Assembly: GCF_006345805.1 (NCBI RefSeq)
Contig: NC_043012.1
Location: forward strand, 34,100,001 to 34,164,000
DNA length: 64,000 bases
Reading direction: 5' to 3'
Origin: Octopus sinensis
Lineage: Eukaryota
Below the pieces are notes generated by a model, which worked only from the letters and a program-made list of their open reading frames with translations, was not told the origin of the DNA and ran no database searches. Within the stretch, counting starts at the first letter, position 1; the number at the start of each line of letters is the position of its first letter. Positions 1-12,739 of this stretch are shown piece after piece. The position numbers and the translations under genes are program-made.

Positions 1-1205
1 TACAAAATCACTACAACTGAACTGGCCTAATATCTTACAAAACAAACGACTGGATGCTAAGACTCATTGAAAATCACAAGAGGCATAAGAAGATGCATTC
101 TGTCATAAAGGAGAGCAAAAAATTTGTTATTGACCCCATGCATGATACCCTTGCTAAAGAACCTGATAGATGTGCAGCAACTGTTGTTGCAAAGAAGATG
201 AAATCAATGGCAAAGAAAAAAAGTGCAAAAGCAAATGGGACGGCTGGAAACAGAAACCTCTGCATGGCAAATATGTGGCCTGTAGCAAACAAGCAAATGT
301 AGACCAGAAGCACACCCACCAGTGGCTATGGAGCTTAGGGTTAAAGGCAGAGACCGAAGGCAGCATCATAGCTGCTCAAGATCAAAGCTTACTGACCAAG
401 CCAATGTGATGAAAAATGGAGTAGATCCAAAATGCTAATTCTGCAATGATGTGATTGAAACAGTGGACCCCCTAATTTTGTGTATGTAAAGGCTTAGCAC
501 CAGTGGAGTACAAATCAAGACATGACAGTTAACCAATATCTACACTGGTTAATATGTCAAGATTATAAGATCAAACTACCAACGAGTGGTATAATCACCA
601 CCCTGGGGTTGTAACTGAGGGAGAAAATGTAACAACTCCTTGGAACTTTCCAGTACATACAGACCAAACCATCAAAGCTAATAAACTGGACATTGCTGTA
701 AATGCCAAAAACAATAAAGTCTGTTTATTTTATCAACATGAGTATTCCTTGTGATTATTATATCTCAGCAAAAGAATTTGTCAGGCTTAGAAAATATGAA
801 GATTTGCTCATTGAAATTGAAAAAAATGTGGCATCTCAAGGAAGTTACAATGCGAGTGATTGTGGGAGCACTAAGAATGATCAGAAAAGGAAGTGAAAAT
901 TATTTGCGAGTGATCCCTGGCTTACTATCTTGGCAAGAAGTACAAAGCATTGTTTTAACTGGCACATCACATGTTTTGAGAAAAGCATTGTTGATGTGAG
1001 AATAATTACCGCCCATGTATTATAATTTTTTTCTTTTCACATAACTTCTTTTCATTTTGGAAATGAACAACCTGGTGTGGCTAGTTTAATGACCTATCAA
1101 TGTATATAGCGAATCTCTCCGCCCTAGAAGTCATAAAAAGGGGCTCAGCAAGAAATGGAAACAAAATTGAAAGAAGAAAAGCCAATAAAAATAATAATAA
1201 TAGAA
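1..1205 (+). mobile_element. 3' end of an R4/Dong-clade non-LTR retrotransposon (post-RT region, CCHC motif, REL endonuclease), frameshifted, with (TAA)n tail
   Basis: Frames read HQWLWSLGLKAETEGSIIAAQDQSLLTK, FCNDVIETVD, LWNFPVHTDQTIKANKLDI, KYEDLLIEIEK and IVGALRMIRKGSENYLRVIPGLLSWQEVQSIVLTGTSHVLRKALLM*, typical of the R4/Dong C-terminus; AATAATAATAA tail at about 1190-1202. Confidence 0.85.
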
Positions 1206-1253
1206 AATAAGAAGAGCATGATGTGATTTGAAATAGATTGTTTTATTTAATGG

Positions 1254-1309
1254 TTTGAACGATATTTCAACAGATTGTCTGTCTGTCTTCAAGTTCAAAA
1301 TATAAAATG
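1254..1309 (-). ncRNA. Minimal type I hammerhead ribozyme motif in the PLE pLTR (C3->U variant, possibly decayed)
   Basis: Minus strand reads TTTGAAC-TTGAAGA-CA-GACAGA caa TCTGTT-GAAA-TA-TC-GTTCAAA: 7-bp stem I, near-consensus core, 6-bp stem II, palindromic ATAT stem III. Confidence 0.7.
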
Positions 1310-2182
1310 AAGAACAACTGTAGAAACACAGAAATTCAAAATCTAAACAGGAAATCCTGCATTCTTATTTTGATAGAATGACATCATCAGTTTTCAGTTT
1401 TGTAACTGGTAAAAGGAAAAAGAAAGAAAAAAGAAGAATATTTAGTTAAACAGTTTGGTGTAAATGTGATGAAATTCACCTGTCGTTTTATTCATTCCTC
1501 CAGGGTGTGATGATGTTAGTAATTCACAAATATATTTGTCCTCATACATTTTGAAAATTGGAAGTGTAGTAGATTCAGAATATTCTCTGAGAATGTGTAC
1601 TTTCGGGTGTTCCTCAAAATTGCAGCCGCTTGATGTGAAATGTTTGGCAAGTTCTGTCAAACTACTGCTATTGTGCCTGATGTCATACCTGTTCCCATAG
1701 AATCTTTTGTTTAATTGTTCTGTTGTACAAATAACATAAATCAAGGTGTGTATGGTGCATTCTGCTGTGTACACCAAATGTGAATCTTTACACATTCCAC
1801 CTTCCATATAATTCATAACATTTCTGTTTTGATTCATGATGGAATTTACTTGACTCATGTTGTTTAACAATGAACAGAGCTTACTTCTCTTGCAGCTGTT
1901 TTTCAAGGTACAGTGTTCAGAAACTCCAATGGTAATTTTCTTGGAGTTAGAGGTAATGGTTAATATTTCTATTATATTTTATTCTGTCTAAAGGCTACAA
2001 TAGGCAGCTGAGAGAATATTTGCTTAAAATGAAGATATTTTCTGCAATATGCTGTTAACCTTCATGTAACACTTTTGAAATACCAGCAAAATTTCAGTGC
2101 CAATTAATCACTTAAGGAATTCTATCACAAATTTTACTTTGGTTGCAAAAATTATGCATGGAAGTTTGACTTTCCTAGCTAA

Positions 2183-2515
2183 TCTCTATATATAAACGGC
2201 AAAATGTCTATGTGCGTGTCCTTTATACAAATCCACAATTTTTTAGTTAGAGGGCTCGCACTTTCTATGGTCATTCAAAACCGTCCAAGGGTGGTCGTGC
2301 ACATCTTTACATTTCCCCAGTCACCACGCAAAGCCATTAAAAAATCAATAGAAGTGACCTTTTGTGAATTTTCTATCCAAAACCCAATCAAAAAGCGTAA
2401 AACTTGATACGCCAATTGAATGCCAGCTAGCTGTATGTGATTAGTCAGAGATTTGGACAGTACTCACGTGTATGTGCGCACGCATGCAGCTGTATATGCA
2501 TGCACTAGCACTATG
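2183..2515 (+). mobile_element. Non-autonomous Helitron, 3'-truncated copy
   Basis: Starts A|TCTCTATATATAAACGG; nearly identical to the reverse complement of 19790-20152; stops after the first hairpin arm CTAGCACTATG. Confidence 0.75.
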
Positions 2516-3499
2516 TCATTTGCAATTTCTTTTAATCATGATTCACTGTAACCACGTTTGACATAATGGTATACAAAAGCATTTGCATGTTTCCAGTAAT
2601 CTCCTGTATCAGTACAAATACGTTTCATCCGCAAAAACTGGGATTTCGAATTTTACTGAATTATATGACGTGGATGATCGAAGTGGTGGTGGAGGTAAAT
2701 GTGAGATGACATGGGCTTGCAAAATAACTGTCGTTATTCTTCCTCCAGAAAACTTAACTTTTGTATCCAAAAATTCAATGCTAGTTTTTGAAAAACTAGA
2801 AGTAAATTTTATGCTAGACTTAAAGCCATAGTTTTTAGCATAACAGTCACAGAAATGCAAGAAGTCAATTAAACTATCCGGTGATCGTTCCCAGACCAAA
2901 AAGACATCATCACTGAACTGTGACCAGAGTATTGGTTCATGACCATGAAAGGATTTGAATGTCTTCAGTAACTGTCTTGAATTTCGTCATGTAAACATTA
3001 GCGAAATTAACAGCCATGGAGGTACCCATAGCTCAACCACTCAACTGGTGGTAAAATTTTAGTCCAAACTTCATTATGTTACTTTGTTACACAAACCTCA
3101 ATAGCCTACAGAGAAAATTAGATGAAATACCTTTGTTTTACAGTTTTTCGAAGGCATTAATGCATGTTTCAACCCCTTCATCGTGGTCAATATTGGGATA
3201 TAGTGAAGAAACATCTATGGTTACCAAAAAACAGTTTACGATTACTTCAGTTCTTAGAAAAGTTGTTAATTTTGGACACAAAACCAAAAGTATCTTGAAT
3301 ATAGGAACTTGATCTTTTTGCTACAAAGAGTAGAAGCCATCCAGCCACTCCAAAATTTTGACTGTACAACATTCATATCTGCTGCAAATCGGGCGCATTG
3401 GAGGAAATTTTTCAAACTTTCTGTGAGTTTTGGGGAGACCATAAAATACAAGTGTTCTTTGTTCTAACCATAAAATCATTATTATTTCTTTTATATAGA

Positions 3500-4380
3500 T
3501 GAGGGGGGCTTCAAATAGATAGGAAATTTGTGTGGGGATTTATATAAAGAATGGGGAGAAAGAAATGGAAAAGATAATGAAATGCGATAAAAGAATACAC
3601 AGTATATAAAGTATGTGATAACATGAATGATGCAGTCCACCTGATACAAGAGAAACTCCAACTAGGGCCAATCAAAGAACCCCACAGACCCAGGATTAAC
3701 CTGACCACCAAAGGCATCAGCCCCTCTCCCACCTGCTGTTCTTCAATCTATAGGAGCATACAATTCACTTTAACCATTTCTGCCACAGTCACTCCTCTCA
3801 CAAATTTACTGGGAGGTAGCATTTCTCTCTCCACTTTCACTTTCCAAGTAGAACGTAAAAAGGTTGATAAGAGCTTGACCAAAGAGGAAGTTATCTTTCC
3901 TCAATCCTTTCAACCTCACCCACCACAAAATCTCTTTCACCACAGCCACTTGACTGAGAAACACTGCCTGCCCTGCCTTGTTAAAGGTGAGTGGTTAGGC
4001 AATCCTCACAATGGATTCGACCAATAGTCAGATTCTTCCAACACATGATAACAACTGTTTGACACAACTCCACAAGTCAGCAATACTCAGGCATTGCATG
4101 AGTGCATGCAGAATGGTTTTGTCATTCTGTATGCAACTCAGACAATCCTACCTGACAGCATTTCCTGCCTGTAGAATTTATCTCAAACTGGTCATGTTCC
4201 TTGGTAGCACTGCCAGGCCAGTTATCCATAGCAGTACCAGGCCCAAAAGTCTTCCAAAATTGCTCTTACCCACCACAAAATCTCTATATATTACTAGAAA
4301 AGAACCTTCACCAACTGTATTGCCCGACTAGTAGAGGGCAGTGAGTGTCTGATGATATTCCAGATGCCAGGCACCTAATC
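3500..4380 (-). mobile_element. Tx1/L1-clade LINE 3' end (CCHC zinc knuckle region), decayed
   Basis: Minus frame CLSCIQNDKTILHALMQCLSIADLW and AVFLSQVAVVKEILWWVRLKGL..LINLF; related copy at 55015-55350. Confidence 0.65.
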
Positions 4381-4404
4381 TTGGTCTTTAGTATTATTAT
4401 TATT

Positions 4405-4700
4405 GTTCCTCGTTTAATGTCCGTTTTCCATGCTAGCATGGGTTGGGTGGTTCGACTGGGTCTGGGAAGCCAAGAGGCTGCACTAGGCTCCAGTCTGATT
4501 TAGCAGTGTTTTTACAGCTGGATGCCCTTCCTAACGCCAACCATTCCATGAGTATAGTGGGTGCTTTTTACATGCCACCAGCACAGGTGCCAGGGGAGGT
4601 TGGTAATGGCCACAATCAGTTGGTGCTTTTACGTGCCACCGGCATGGAAGACAGTCAAGGCGGCGCTGGCATCAGCCACGTTCGGATGGTGCTTTTCCTG
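4405..4700 (-). mobile_element. RTE 3'-tail-derived repeat (SINE-like)
   Basis: CGTTTAATGTCCGTTTTCCATGCTAGCATGGG end plus GTGCC/GGCAC units; homologous to the 3' UTR of the RTE at 45735-46838. Confidence 0.85.
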
Positions 4701-5194
4701 TGCCTATTATTATTATTAATTATTATTATTACTATTAATACTATTATTATTATTATTTCAATAATCAAATTTTTCCTGTTTCACACAATCTTGCATATTT
4801 TTCTATTTTACAAATCATTGAAACAAAGGAAATGGTAATGTTCAAGCAAGCTGAAAGTGACCAAGATTTCAACTGTTCCACACTCACAAGAATGGAAATT
4901 CCACATTGTTTCATTTGAATATTTTCTGGTCAGGACAAATCAAACGCCCACCAAATTCTTTCAATTGTATTGAGAAAATGCAAGAGCTGTAACTGATCTA
5001 ACAAAGAAACACAAATATTGTAAACAAATAACTTCTTTCTTTTTTAATTAAAGCTAAAATATAATTAACACATGAACTCTTAATGTAAGGCCAGGCAATC
5101 AGAGACAAATACAGAAAAACAAAAGATTTTGTTTCTTTTTAGAAATATCCAAGTTTTCTCTTTTATTTATCTATTTGTTTATACATATATTTTA

Positions 5195-5424
5195 TTTTAC
5201 TTGTTTCAGTCATTTGACTGTGGCCATGCTGGAGCACCGCCTTTAGTTGAGCTAATCAACCCCAGGACTTATTCTTTGTAAGCCTAGTACTTATTCTATC
5301 AGGCTCTTTTGCCAAACCGCTAAGTGACAGGGATGTAAACACACCAGCATCAGTTGTCAAGTGATATTGGGGGGACAAACACAGACACACAAACATATAC
5401 ACACACATACATACATATACATAT

Positions 5425-5466
<42 letters not shown>

Positions 5467-5636
5467 CATACACATACAGGCTTCTTTCAGTTTCCGTCTA
5501 CCAAATCCACTCACAAGGCTTTGGTCAGCACGAGGCTATAGTAGAAGACACTTGCCCAAGGTGCCACACAGTGGGACTGAACCCAGAACCATGTGGTTCA
5601 TAAGCAAGCTACTTACCACACAGCCACTCCTACACC
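5195..5636 (-). mobile_element. tRNA-derived SINE, family A, full length with internal (TA/CA)n
   Basis: Reverse complement of 56895-57274; A box TGGCTGTGTGG and B box GGTTCAGTCCC. Confidence 0.9.
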
Positions 5637-6039
5637 TATATATGTGTTACCTGCTTAATTATCTTCTTACCAATTTTTAAGACAGAAGAGTGTTATTTGA
5701 GGATGATTTAGCTACTCTTTCTAAAACGTTGGGCAATGGCACATAAAGACTTCCTTTTTATATGTCAGCTCAGAGGCGAGAAGAAATAAATAGCTATTTT
5801 GAGGTCCAACCCATGCTAGCATGGAAAGCGGACGCTAAACGATGATGATGATGACAACACCTACACCACCAACATACAAAAAGTCCATTGAAGATTTTTT
5901 GATATTCTATAGCATTGCCATGTGGATTTGATGCCACTAAATAAGCAACTCTTCACTTGTAATGCTTTTTAATTCCAATGCCATCAGTACTGTATATTAA
6001 CATATATTAGTAATATACATTATTTGCCCATTCTAGTAG

Positions 6040-6397
6040 GGTGCCAAGAGCAACATCCGAGCATGATCGTTGCCAGAGTAGCCAACTGGCTTCCATGCCA
6101 TGGCACATAAAAGGGCACCATTCGAGCGTGATCGTTACCAATATCGCCTTACTGGCACCTGTGCCGGTGTAAAAAGATTCGAGCGAGGGCATTGCCAGTA
6201 CCGCCTGACTGGCCCCTGTGCTGGTGGCACGTAAAAAGCACCCACTACACTCTCGGAGTGGTTGGTGTTAGGAAGGCCATGCAGCTGTAGAAACTTTGCC
6301 AGATCAAGATTGGAGCCTGCTTCGCCAGCCCTCAGTCAAAATCGTCCAACCCATGCTAGCATGGAAAGCGGATGTTAAATGATGATGATGATGATGA
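6040..6397 (+). mobile_element. RTE 3'-tail-derived repeat with (ATG)n tail (short 3' stub also at 5805-5853)
   Basis: GGCACGTAAAAAGCACCC units, CCATGCTAGCATGG hairpin, (GAT)n end. Confidence 0.85.
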
Positions 6398-6823
6398 TAT
6401 CAATGATGTTAAGTTGTAAATCTGGCCAAACCATTCTCAATAATTCCAAATTATTTCAAACAACAGATTTATGTACTTTCACTCAAAGTCTAAACACAAC
6501 ACACAGCACAGAACCACTGATAAATATATTTTTAGAAACAGATTTTCATGTTGGCAGAAGCAGCAGTAGCCATCGTCATCATCATCAGAACAGTAAATTA
6601 GCAGAATCATTAGAACTTCAGAAAAATACTCCACAGTATTTGTTTTGGCTCTATATTTTCCGAGTTCAAATTTAACTGGCGTCAAGTTTCCTTTGATTCC
6701 TTCAGGGTTCAAAAAATATCCTTTCTTCTGCTAAAATTGGAAACTATTATTATTTATATTATTATTATTATTATTGTTGTTATTATTATTATTATAATAA
6801 TAATAATAATAATAATAAAAATA

Positions 6824-7050
6824 AAGGCAGCAAGCTGGCAGAATTGTTAGCATACCAAACAAAATGGTAAGCAGCATTTTTTGCCTGTTTTTAACTTCTG
6901 AGTTCAAATTCCACCAAAGTCAACTTTGCCTTTTATCCTTTTGGGGTTGATATGATAAGTACCAGTTAAACACTGGGGTTGATGGAATTGACTTACTACC
7001 ATCCACTGAACTTGTTGGCTTTGTGCCAAAATTTAAAACCATTATTATTA
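6824..7050 (+). mobile_element. tRNA-derived SINE, family B (a more decayed copy lies at about 6590-6750)
   Basis: GGCAGCAAGCTGGCAGAATTGTTAG head, GAGTTCAAATTCC B box, GCCTTT..ATCCTTT.GGGGT.GAT..TAAGTACCAG central domain, (ATT)n tail. Confidence 0.8.
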
Positions 7051-7592
7051 TTATTATTGAGTTAGAGAGCAGCGCATGCCATCAAAATGATACTGGGGTA
7101 CAAATATACAAAACCCAATATACCCACCATGATTACATACCTGATAAGGGTACACCAGGCACATGCATCACAACCATATGTGCACAACATGGTGATCTCA
7201 TATCAAGATATGCAGTGCATGACCTTGCAGGTGGGGGCCCAGTTGGAATTTTCTTCAGGTTGAGTAGCCCATCCTGCTCAAAAGGCCTCTGAATAAGGGT
7301 GGTTAAAGGATGTTGAATGAAGCTCCTATGTTTCCAGAGGTCAATTATTCAAATCTCCCAAAATTTCCTCTCAACGCATGGCTATGATGCTCTGCTAATA
7401 CTCGTGCTTGTGATCAGAGATGCACATATTGTCAGCCACTAAGGGACATGTTCAACTGGTTATGGTCAAGCAACTGACAAGTAAATCTGTAGTATTGGGC
7501 AGAATATTTGCTGTGGCCCATCTTTTATACCAAAACAAAATATGTACATGATAACACTTCCAATCAATTAAGATCAGAAGCCATGAGAGCCA
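7050..7592 (-). mobile_element. Unclassified retroposon 3' fragment with (TAA)n tail, inserted in a SINE tail
   Basis: Flanked by an imperfect 37-bp direct repeat (7012-7048 and 7593-7629); no readable ORF. Confidence 0.5.
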
Positions 7593-8094
7593 TTGCTGGC
7601 CTTGCTCCAAAATTTGAAACCATCATTATGATGATGATGGTGGTGGTGGTGGTGGTGGTGGTGGTGTACTATCTCAAATAACTTTCCTTCAGTCAGTTTA
7701 TCATACCCACCACCTCAATAATGAAAGATAAAATGAAATCAAACTAAAGTAAAAATTTAAATAAAATCTCATTTTATTTACAAGTCAGAGACAAAAGTCA
7801 TTTCTATAAATTTGACTAAAAAAAAATGTGTTTTTCCTGACAAAATTAATTTCTTTCAGCTAAATTAACAATTTAGATATTTTAATAAATTATCAAAATT
7901 CTTCAATCAACATTTTATCTTGAAATAACCAAAGAGAGTGAGCCTCATACACAGGAGTAAATTTACCCCCCAAGGGGCCGGTGATAAATATGTCAGAAAA
8001 TTCAGAATTAATTTGGTCAGTCTGGAATGGAGGGAGTCAAGGACAGAAAAGAGGTTAAGAGGTATTGACTTACTAAAACTTACTAAATTCTATA

Positions 8095-8275
8095 ATTTAA
8101 ATAGATATTTACAAAACTATCTAATTAAATAAATATCTACATAAATTATATCTAATTAAATAGATATTTACAAAGTCATATCTAATTAAATAGATATTTA
8201 TATAAAATATATCTAATTAGATATTTACACAAATCATATCTAATTAGATATTTATATAAATTATACCTAATTATA
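8095..8275. repeat. AT-rich minisatellite, unit about 27-31 bp, about 6 copies
   Basis: Recurring ATATCTAATTAAATAGATATTTA(C/T)A..A. Confidence 0.8.
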
Positions 8276-8329
8276 TTGACATATTAAAGGAATACGTTGG
8301 CAACTTATGTAACCTAATGAATTTACGCT

Positions 8330-8635
8330 TTTAGTCATTTCACTCACTGGGCTTTGGTTATGCCGGAGCACAGCCTAGTTAGGTTAATCAAGCAAACCAA
8401 TTCCAGTACTTTGCCAAACCACTAAGATATGGGGACATAAACAAACCAACACTGAATGTCAAATGGTAGGGAGACAAACATAAACACAAAGGCGTGCACA
8501 CACACACGCACACACGATGGGCTTCTGCACAGTTTCTCTCTACTAAATCCACTCACAAGGCATTGTTTGGTCCAGAACTATTAATAGAAGACACATGGCG
8601 TAAGACTGGACCCAAAATTGTGAAGCCATAGCTGT
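8330..8635 (-). mobile_element. SINE family A, decayed
   Basis: AAATCCACTCACAAGGC, AGAAGACAC and GCCAAACCACTAAG segments shared with 5195-5636. Confidence 0.7.
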
Positions 8636-8731
8636 GACCTTCAAATCTTTTATTGGTCAAATGTAAAACCCCAAACAAAATATACCAGAAGGTTAATAGG
8701 AAACAAAATTAAATCTTTTCTCTATTTTTAC

Positions 8732-8959
8732 TTAACCCTTTCATTACCAACCCGGCTGAAACCGGCTCTGGCTTTGAGTATAAATGTCGTGTTTTCATAA
8801 GTTTTGATTTAAAATCTTCCACCAAACCTTAGTCACAATTTATGTCCCTAACACTGGCTTAATGATAACTAAGTTATTTTACTAAATTCTTTGTTATATT
8901 TAAAGTAATTGAAAGAAACACAGAGCATCTCAAAATAAATACAGTAACAAATGGGTTAA
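8732..8959 (+). mobile_element. piggyBac-type MITE (about 220 bp)
   Basis: TTAA|CCCTTTCATTAC...GTAACAAATGGG|TTAA; copies at 23220-23448 and 42977-43205. Confidence 0.9.
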
Positions 8960-9374
8960 ATGTACTGCTGTCTATGTCCTCTAATGACAGACCAGTAAAA
9001 ACAAGTTATAAATGACTAATTTAGCAGGAAATTCTCTGAAGGTATTGGATAAATTCTCTTTGTCTACATGAAATAATATTACCATCATATGCTGATAGTT
9101 AATTAATAACTTAAAATATTGTTTAATTACTTTGTTATTTATGGTATTTCAAAGAAATGTGAGATTTTTCTCATTCTTCAACCATTCACTTTAAGAAACT
9201 GGTGAATGGAAATAAGCTCACAAGAAAAAATGTCAAATTCTTAAAGTAATTAAACAACATTTTAATTGACAATAAATGACTGGTACACAATCACAATATA
9301 CAAGTTCCATGCTGGCATGGGTTGCACAGTTTGACAAGGACATGATGAGTCGAAGGACTGCATCACGCTCAAAT

Positions 9375-9597
9375 GACACCGCTCCGCTGGCTAAGCGAGC
9401 AGGCCAACAGAAGAAAGAGTGAGAGAAAGTTGTGGCGAAAGAGTACAGGAGGGATCGCCACCACCCCCTGCCAAAGCCTCGGGGAGCTTTAGATGTTTTC
9501 GCTCAATAAACACTCACAACGCCCGGTCTGGGAATCGAAACCGCGATCCTACAACCGCATGTCCACTGCTCTAACCACTGGGCCATTGCACCTCCAC
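9375..9597 (-). mobile_element. tRNA-derived SINE, family C (5' part)
   Basis: Minus strand TGGAGGTGCAATGGCCCAGTGGTTAG...GGTTTCGATTCCCAGACCGGG; homologous to 54062-54370. Confidence 0.8.
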
Positions 9598-9814
9598 ATA
9601 TGTGCATTTATGCATATGCATGTATTTATTTACATACATACATGCATATTCTCCCCATGATTTGACGAACCACAAGTAATGCCCAAAGTTTTTTCTTTTT
9701 CTTTTTCCCTTTTGTTTTTGTCCCCCCTTTTGATAAGTTGTGACAATTCACAAGTAACAACCTAAAAAATTTAATGGAGCTTCCTGATTGGTGTAAAATG
9801 GTAATTGTCTACAT

Positions 9815-10015
9815 CAGTGGTTTTCAACCAGGGTTCCGCCAATACAGTCCAGGGGTTCCGCAAGAAGTTACAAAACTGCTAAAATCGGCAGTAATTTTTA
9901 ATTCTCCTGTGCAGATATGTGTGCATAAGACTATTAAATTATTGCACAGGGGTTCCTCGAGCCAGTGGAATGTTTCCTTGGGGTTCCGCTCCAGCAAAAA
10001 GTTTGAAAAGCACTG
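9815..10015. mobile_element. hAT (Charlie-like) MITE
   Basis: TIRs CAGTGGTTTTCAA / TTGAAAAGCACTG with perfect 8-bp TSD GTCTACAT (9807-9814, 10016-10023). Confidence 0.9.
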
Positions 10016-10351
10016 GTCTACATGACTAGTAAAAAGATATGAATGCAAATTTCTGAGGAAGCATACACATGTAATGGTGGCATACTCAAAATTCACAGAT
10101 ATTATAAATGATATCTAATAATATCCTATGGGTGTGAAAATGTCCTCACAAACATGCAGAAACATATGACACAGGACATTAATAAAGTCAAAAAATTTCC
10201 ATCCACACAGAGTTTGCTTTGTAATGTGCTCTTAAAAGCTCCTATGCTTCTTGTCAGTTACCACATGTTAACTCCATCTTTTGGGGTAATCCAATGGTAT
10301 GGGTATACATGTGGAACTCCTTTTAGTTTAGGATATATATAATAATAACAT

Positions 10352-10735
10352 ATCATCATCGTCGTCGTCGTTTAACGTCCGCTTTCCATGCTAGCATAGG
10401 TAGGACGATTTGACTGAGGGCTGGCAAACCAGATGGCTGCACCAATCTTGATCTGGGAGAGTTTCTACAGCTGGATGCCCTTCCTAACGCCAACCACTCC
10501 GAGAGTGTAGTGAGTGCTTTTATGTGCCACTGGCACATTAAACATGCCAACGGCACAGGTGCCAATAAGGCGATGCTGGTAAGGATCACGCTCGAATGGT
10601 GCCCTTTTATGTTCCACTGGCATGGAAGCCGATTAGCCACTCTGGCAACGATCACGCTTGGATGGTGCTCTTAGCACCCTACTAGCACGGGGCACAAGAA
10701 CCAGTAAGGCGAAGCTGGCAACGGTCACACGGATG
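10352..10735 (-). mobile_element. RTE 3'-tail-derived repeat
   Basis: Same tail and tandem units as the other copies. Confidence 0.85.
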
Positions 10736-11039
10736 GAAATTCATAGGTTTGAATTATGCATTGCAATGTAAGTTTCTACACCACACACCATCATTAGGTT
10801 GCTATTTTCATATTCATATAACATTATTTAAGATTAGCCTCAATAATTATGTATTTGAATACAGTTTTAGATCTATTGCTTGGGCGGATGCTTCTTCAGG
10901 CAGGACATTACTAAAGTACTATTAGCCAGATCCACTGACCTTAAGGACACACACCATTTTACACCAATCAAATAATTTCATTCCATTGGTGGATGTAACT
11001 TATGACTAGCCAAAGAGAGACAAAAAACAAAAAAAGCAG

Positions 11040-11680
11040 AAATCCTCATCAACTGGTGGGTGTTGCTTATGAAAAAACAGGTAGGTAAAATTTCCGAGAT
11101 CCATGGACGAGTTCTCTCCAGCGGTCTTTGTTCCTCATCATCACTGCCACGTCCTGTGTCTCCCAGAGACCAGTGTCTGTCCTTAGGGCATCAACATATG
11201 TCATCCTCAGCCACCTCTTCTAGTGTGTCCATGCATAGGCCCACACAGAAGCAGTGAGTGCAATATCAACTCTGGATGATGGTGAGCATGTCCAGCTAAC
11301 CTCAGTCTCCTCCGTGTTATTTTTTAGGTAACTATTGAGAGGCTCTTGTACAGCTCTGAGTTCTTCATCCTCATGTTCAGAGCCGTCCTCAACATTCTCG
11401 AGTAGCACCCATCCACCATCTGAGTGAGTTTCTTGGTCAGTGTCCAAGTCTCAGACCCATACAACAGCACCGACTCCACAGCAGCAGCAATGAAGACACA
11501 GATCTTCAGGTCCATACGGATCTCAAACTGTGGCATGCCACACAGGCTTTGCTCTTCCCTCTCAATCATATCACCCTCTGTGTTCCCAATTTTTGCTCCC
11601 AGATACAGGACATCCTCAACCAACTCTAGTCACTTCCCCTCTACATTCATAGTCCTTCCTGGCTTATACCAGTTACTTCG
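11040..11680 (-). mobile_element. RTE-clade LINE RT C-terminal fragment, decayed
   Basis: VEDVLYLGAKI..AAVESVLLYGSETWTLTKKLTQMVDGCYSRMLRTALN. Confidence 0.8.
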
Positions 11681-11725
11681 TCTTGATTCCATTAATTTTC
11701 AGCCCCACCCACACTCATTGACACA

Positions 11726-11727
<2 letters not shown>

Positions 11728-11812
<85 letters not shown>
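11728..11812. repeat. Compound (TA)n(GA)n microsatellite
   Basis: Seen directly. Confidence 0.95.
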
Positions 11813-12739
11813 CCACCATGAGATTCCATTAGAAATAATAGTAAAACTTAGCATTTTTAGGAAGTGTGGAAGTTTTTGTGGATTTCTCTAATTTCATGCT
11901 TTCTCTGTTACTGTCTGCCCAACATACTTGCAGTTTACTACTACCATTAGTTGTCTGCACCCCCCAATGTACCCACAACACTACACTTACCCGCTGACTC
12001 AAGAGTAACACATCTGTTAAATATCATGCTAAAACCTCTGCTCTTGGCATCAATTTAATCTACAATAGAAACCATGAGCCAACAAGGGAGTCTCTTCATC
12101 AACAATTTTCAAACTGTTCTACTCCATGGCTGACATACTTAAAGAAAGTGTTAAATATCTTACAACACAATCATCAGTTTTCTTAACAGTTTTATTACAT
12201 AAAAATTGAACAATGAATTTGTTTTAAAATAAAATGGATGCACATTTATTCTACTCAGCCATAAAACAATACACATGCATGAGTGAAGTGCAAAATGCAT
12301 TAAAAATACTTTAGTATCCAACAAAGTAAATGCTTTATGTGGCCATTAAATCTGCTTGAAATAGCAACCAAATTTCTCTGAAAGCGCAACCTACAATCTT
12401 GAAAGAAGGAAATGGCACAGCAGATAATGTTGTCACAGATGCCTGGACAGAAAAATGGTGTAGAATACTCACAACTAGGATGTTTTTGAACACAGGTCTG
12501 TACAAGGTTAACCTTAGGCTAAACAACAACAATGAAATGATGTATAATAGCATTCAGTGAATATCAAATAATTGATGTTTCAGCCATAGATCATAAGTCT
12601 GATCAAAGACGTTCCACTAATGACCATCCTGTCAAATATTTAGTGTACCTAAGACTACATAATCCATTGTATCATTACAATACTTTAGTCCAGTAAAAGA
12701 ATAAAACAGTGTGTGTGTGCGCGCATGTTTGTGTATTAT

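Larger units (their letters stand above)
1215..3480 (-). mobile_element. Penelope-like retroelement relic (RT + GIY-YIG endonuclease + 3' pLTR), 5'-truncated, interrupted by a Helitron
   Basis: Minus frames give FLVTIDVSSLYPNIDHDEG (about 3230), G*AMGTSMAVNFANVYM, WSQFSDDVFLVW, IKFTSSFSKTSIEFLDTKV, KPMSSHIYLHHHFDHP and the GIY-YIG-like ORF 1442-1906 (CKDSHLVYTAECT..IYVICTTEQLNKRFYGNRYDI..ELAKHF). Confidence 0.9.
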
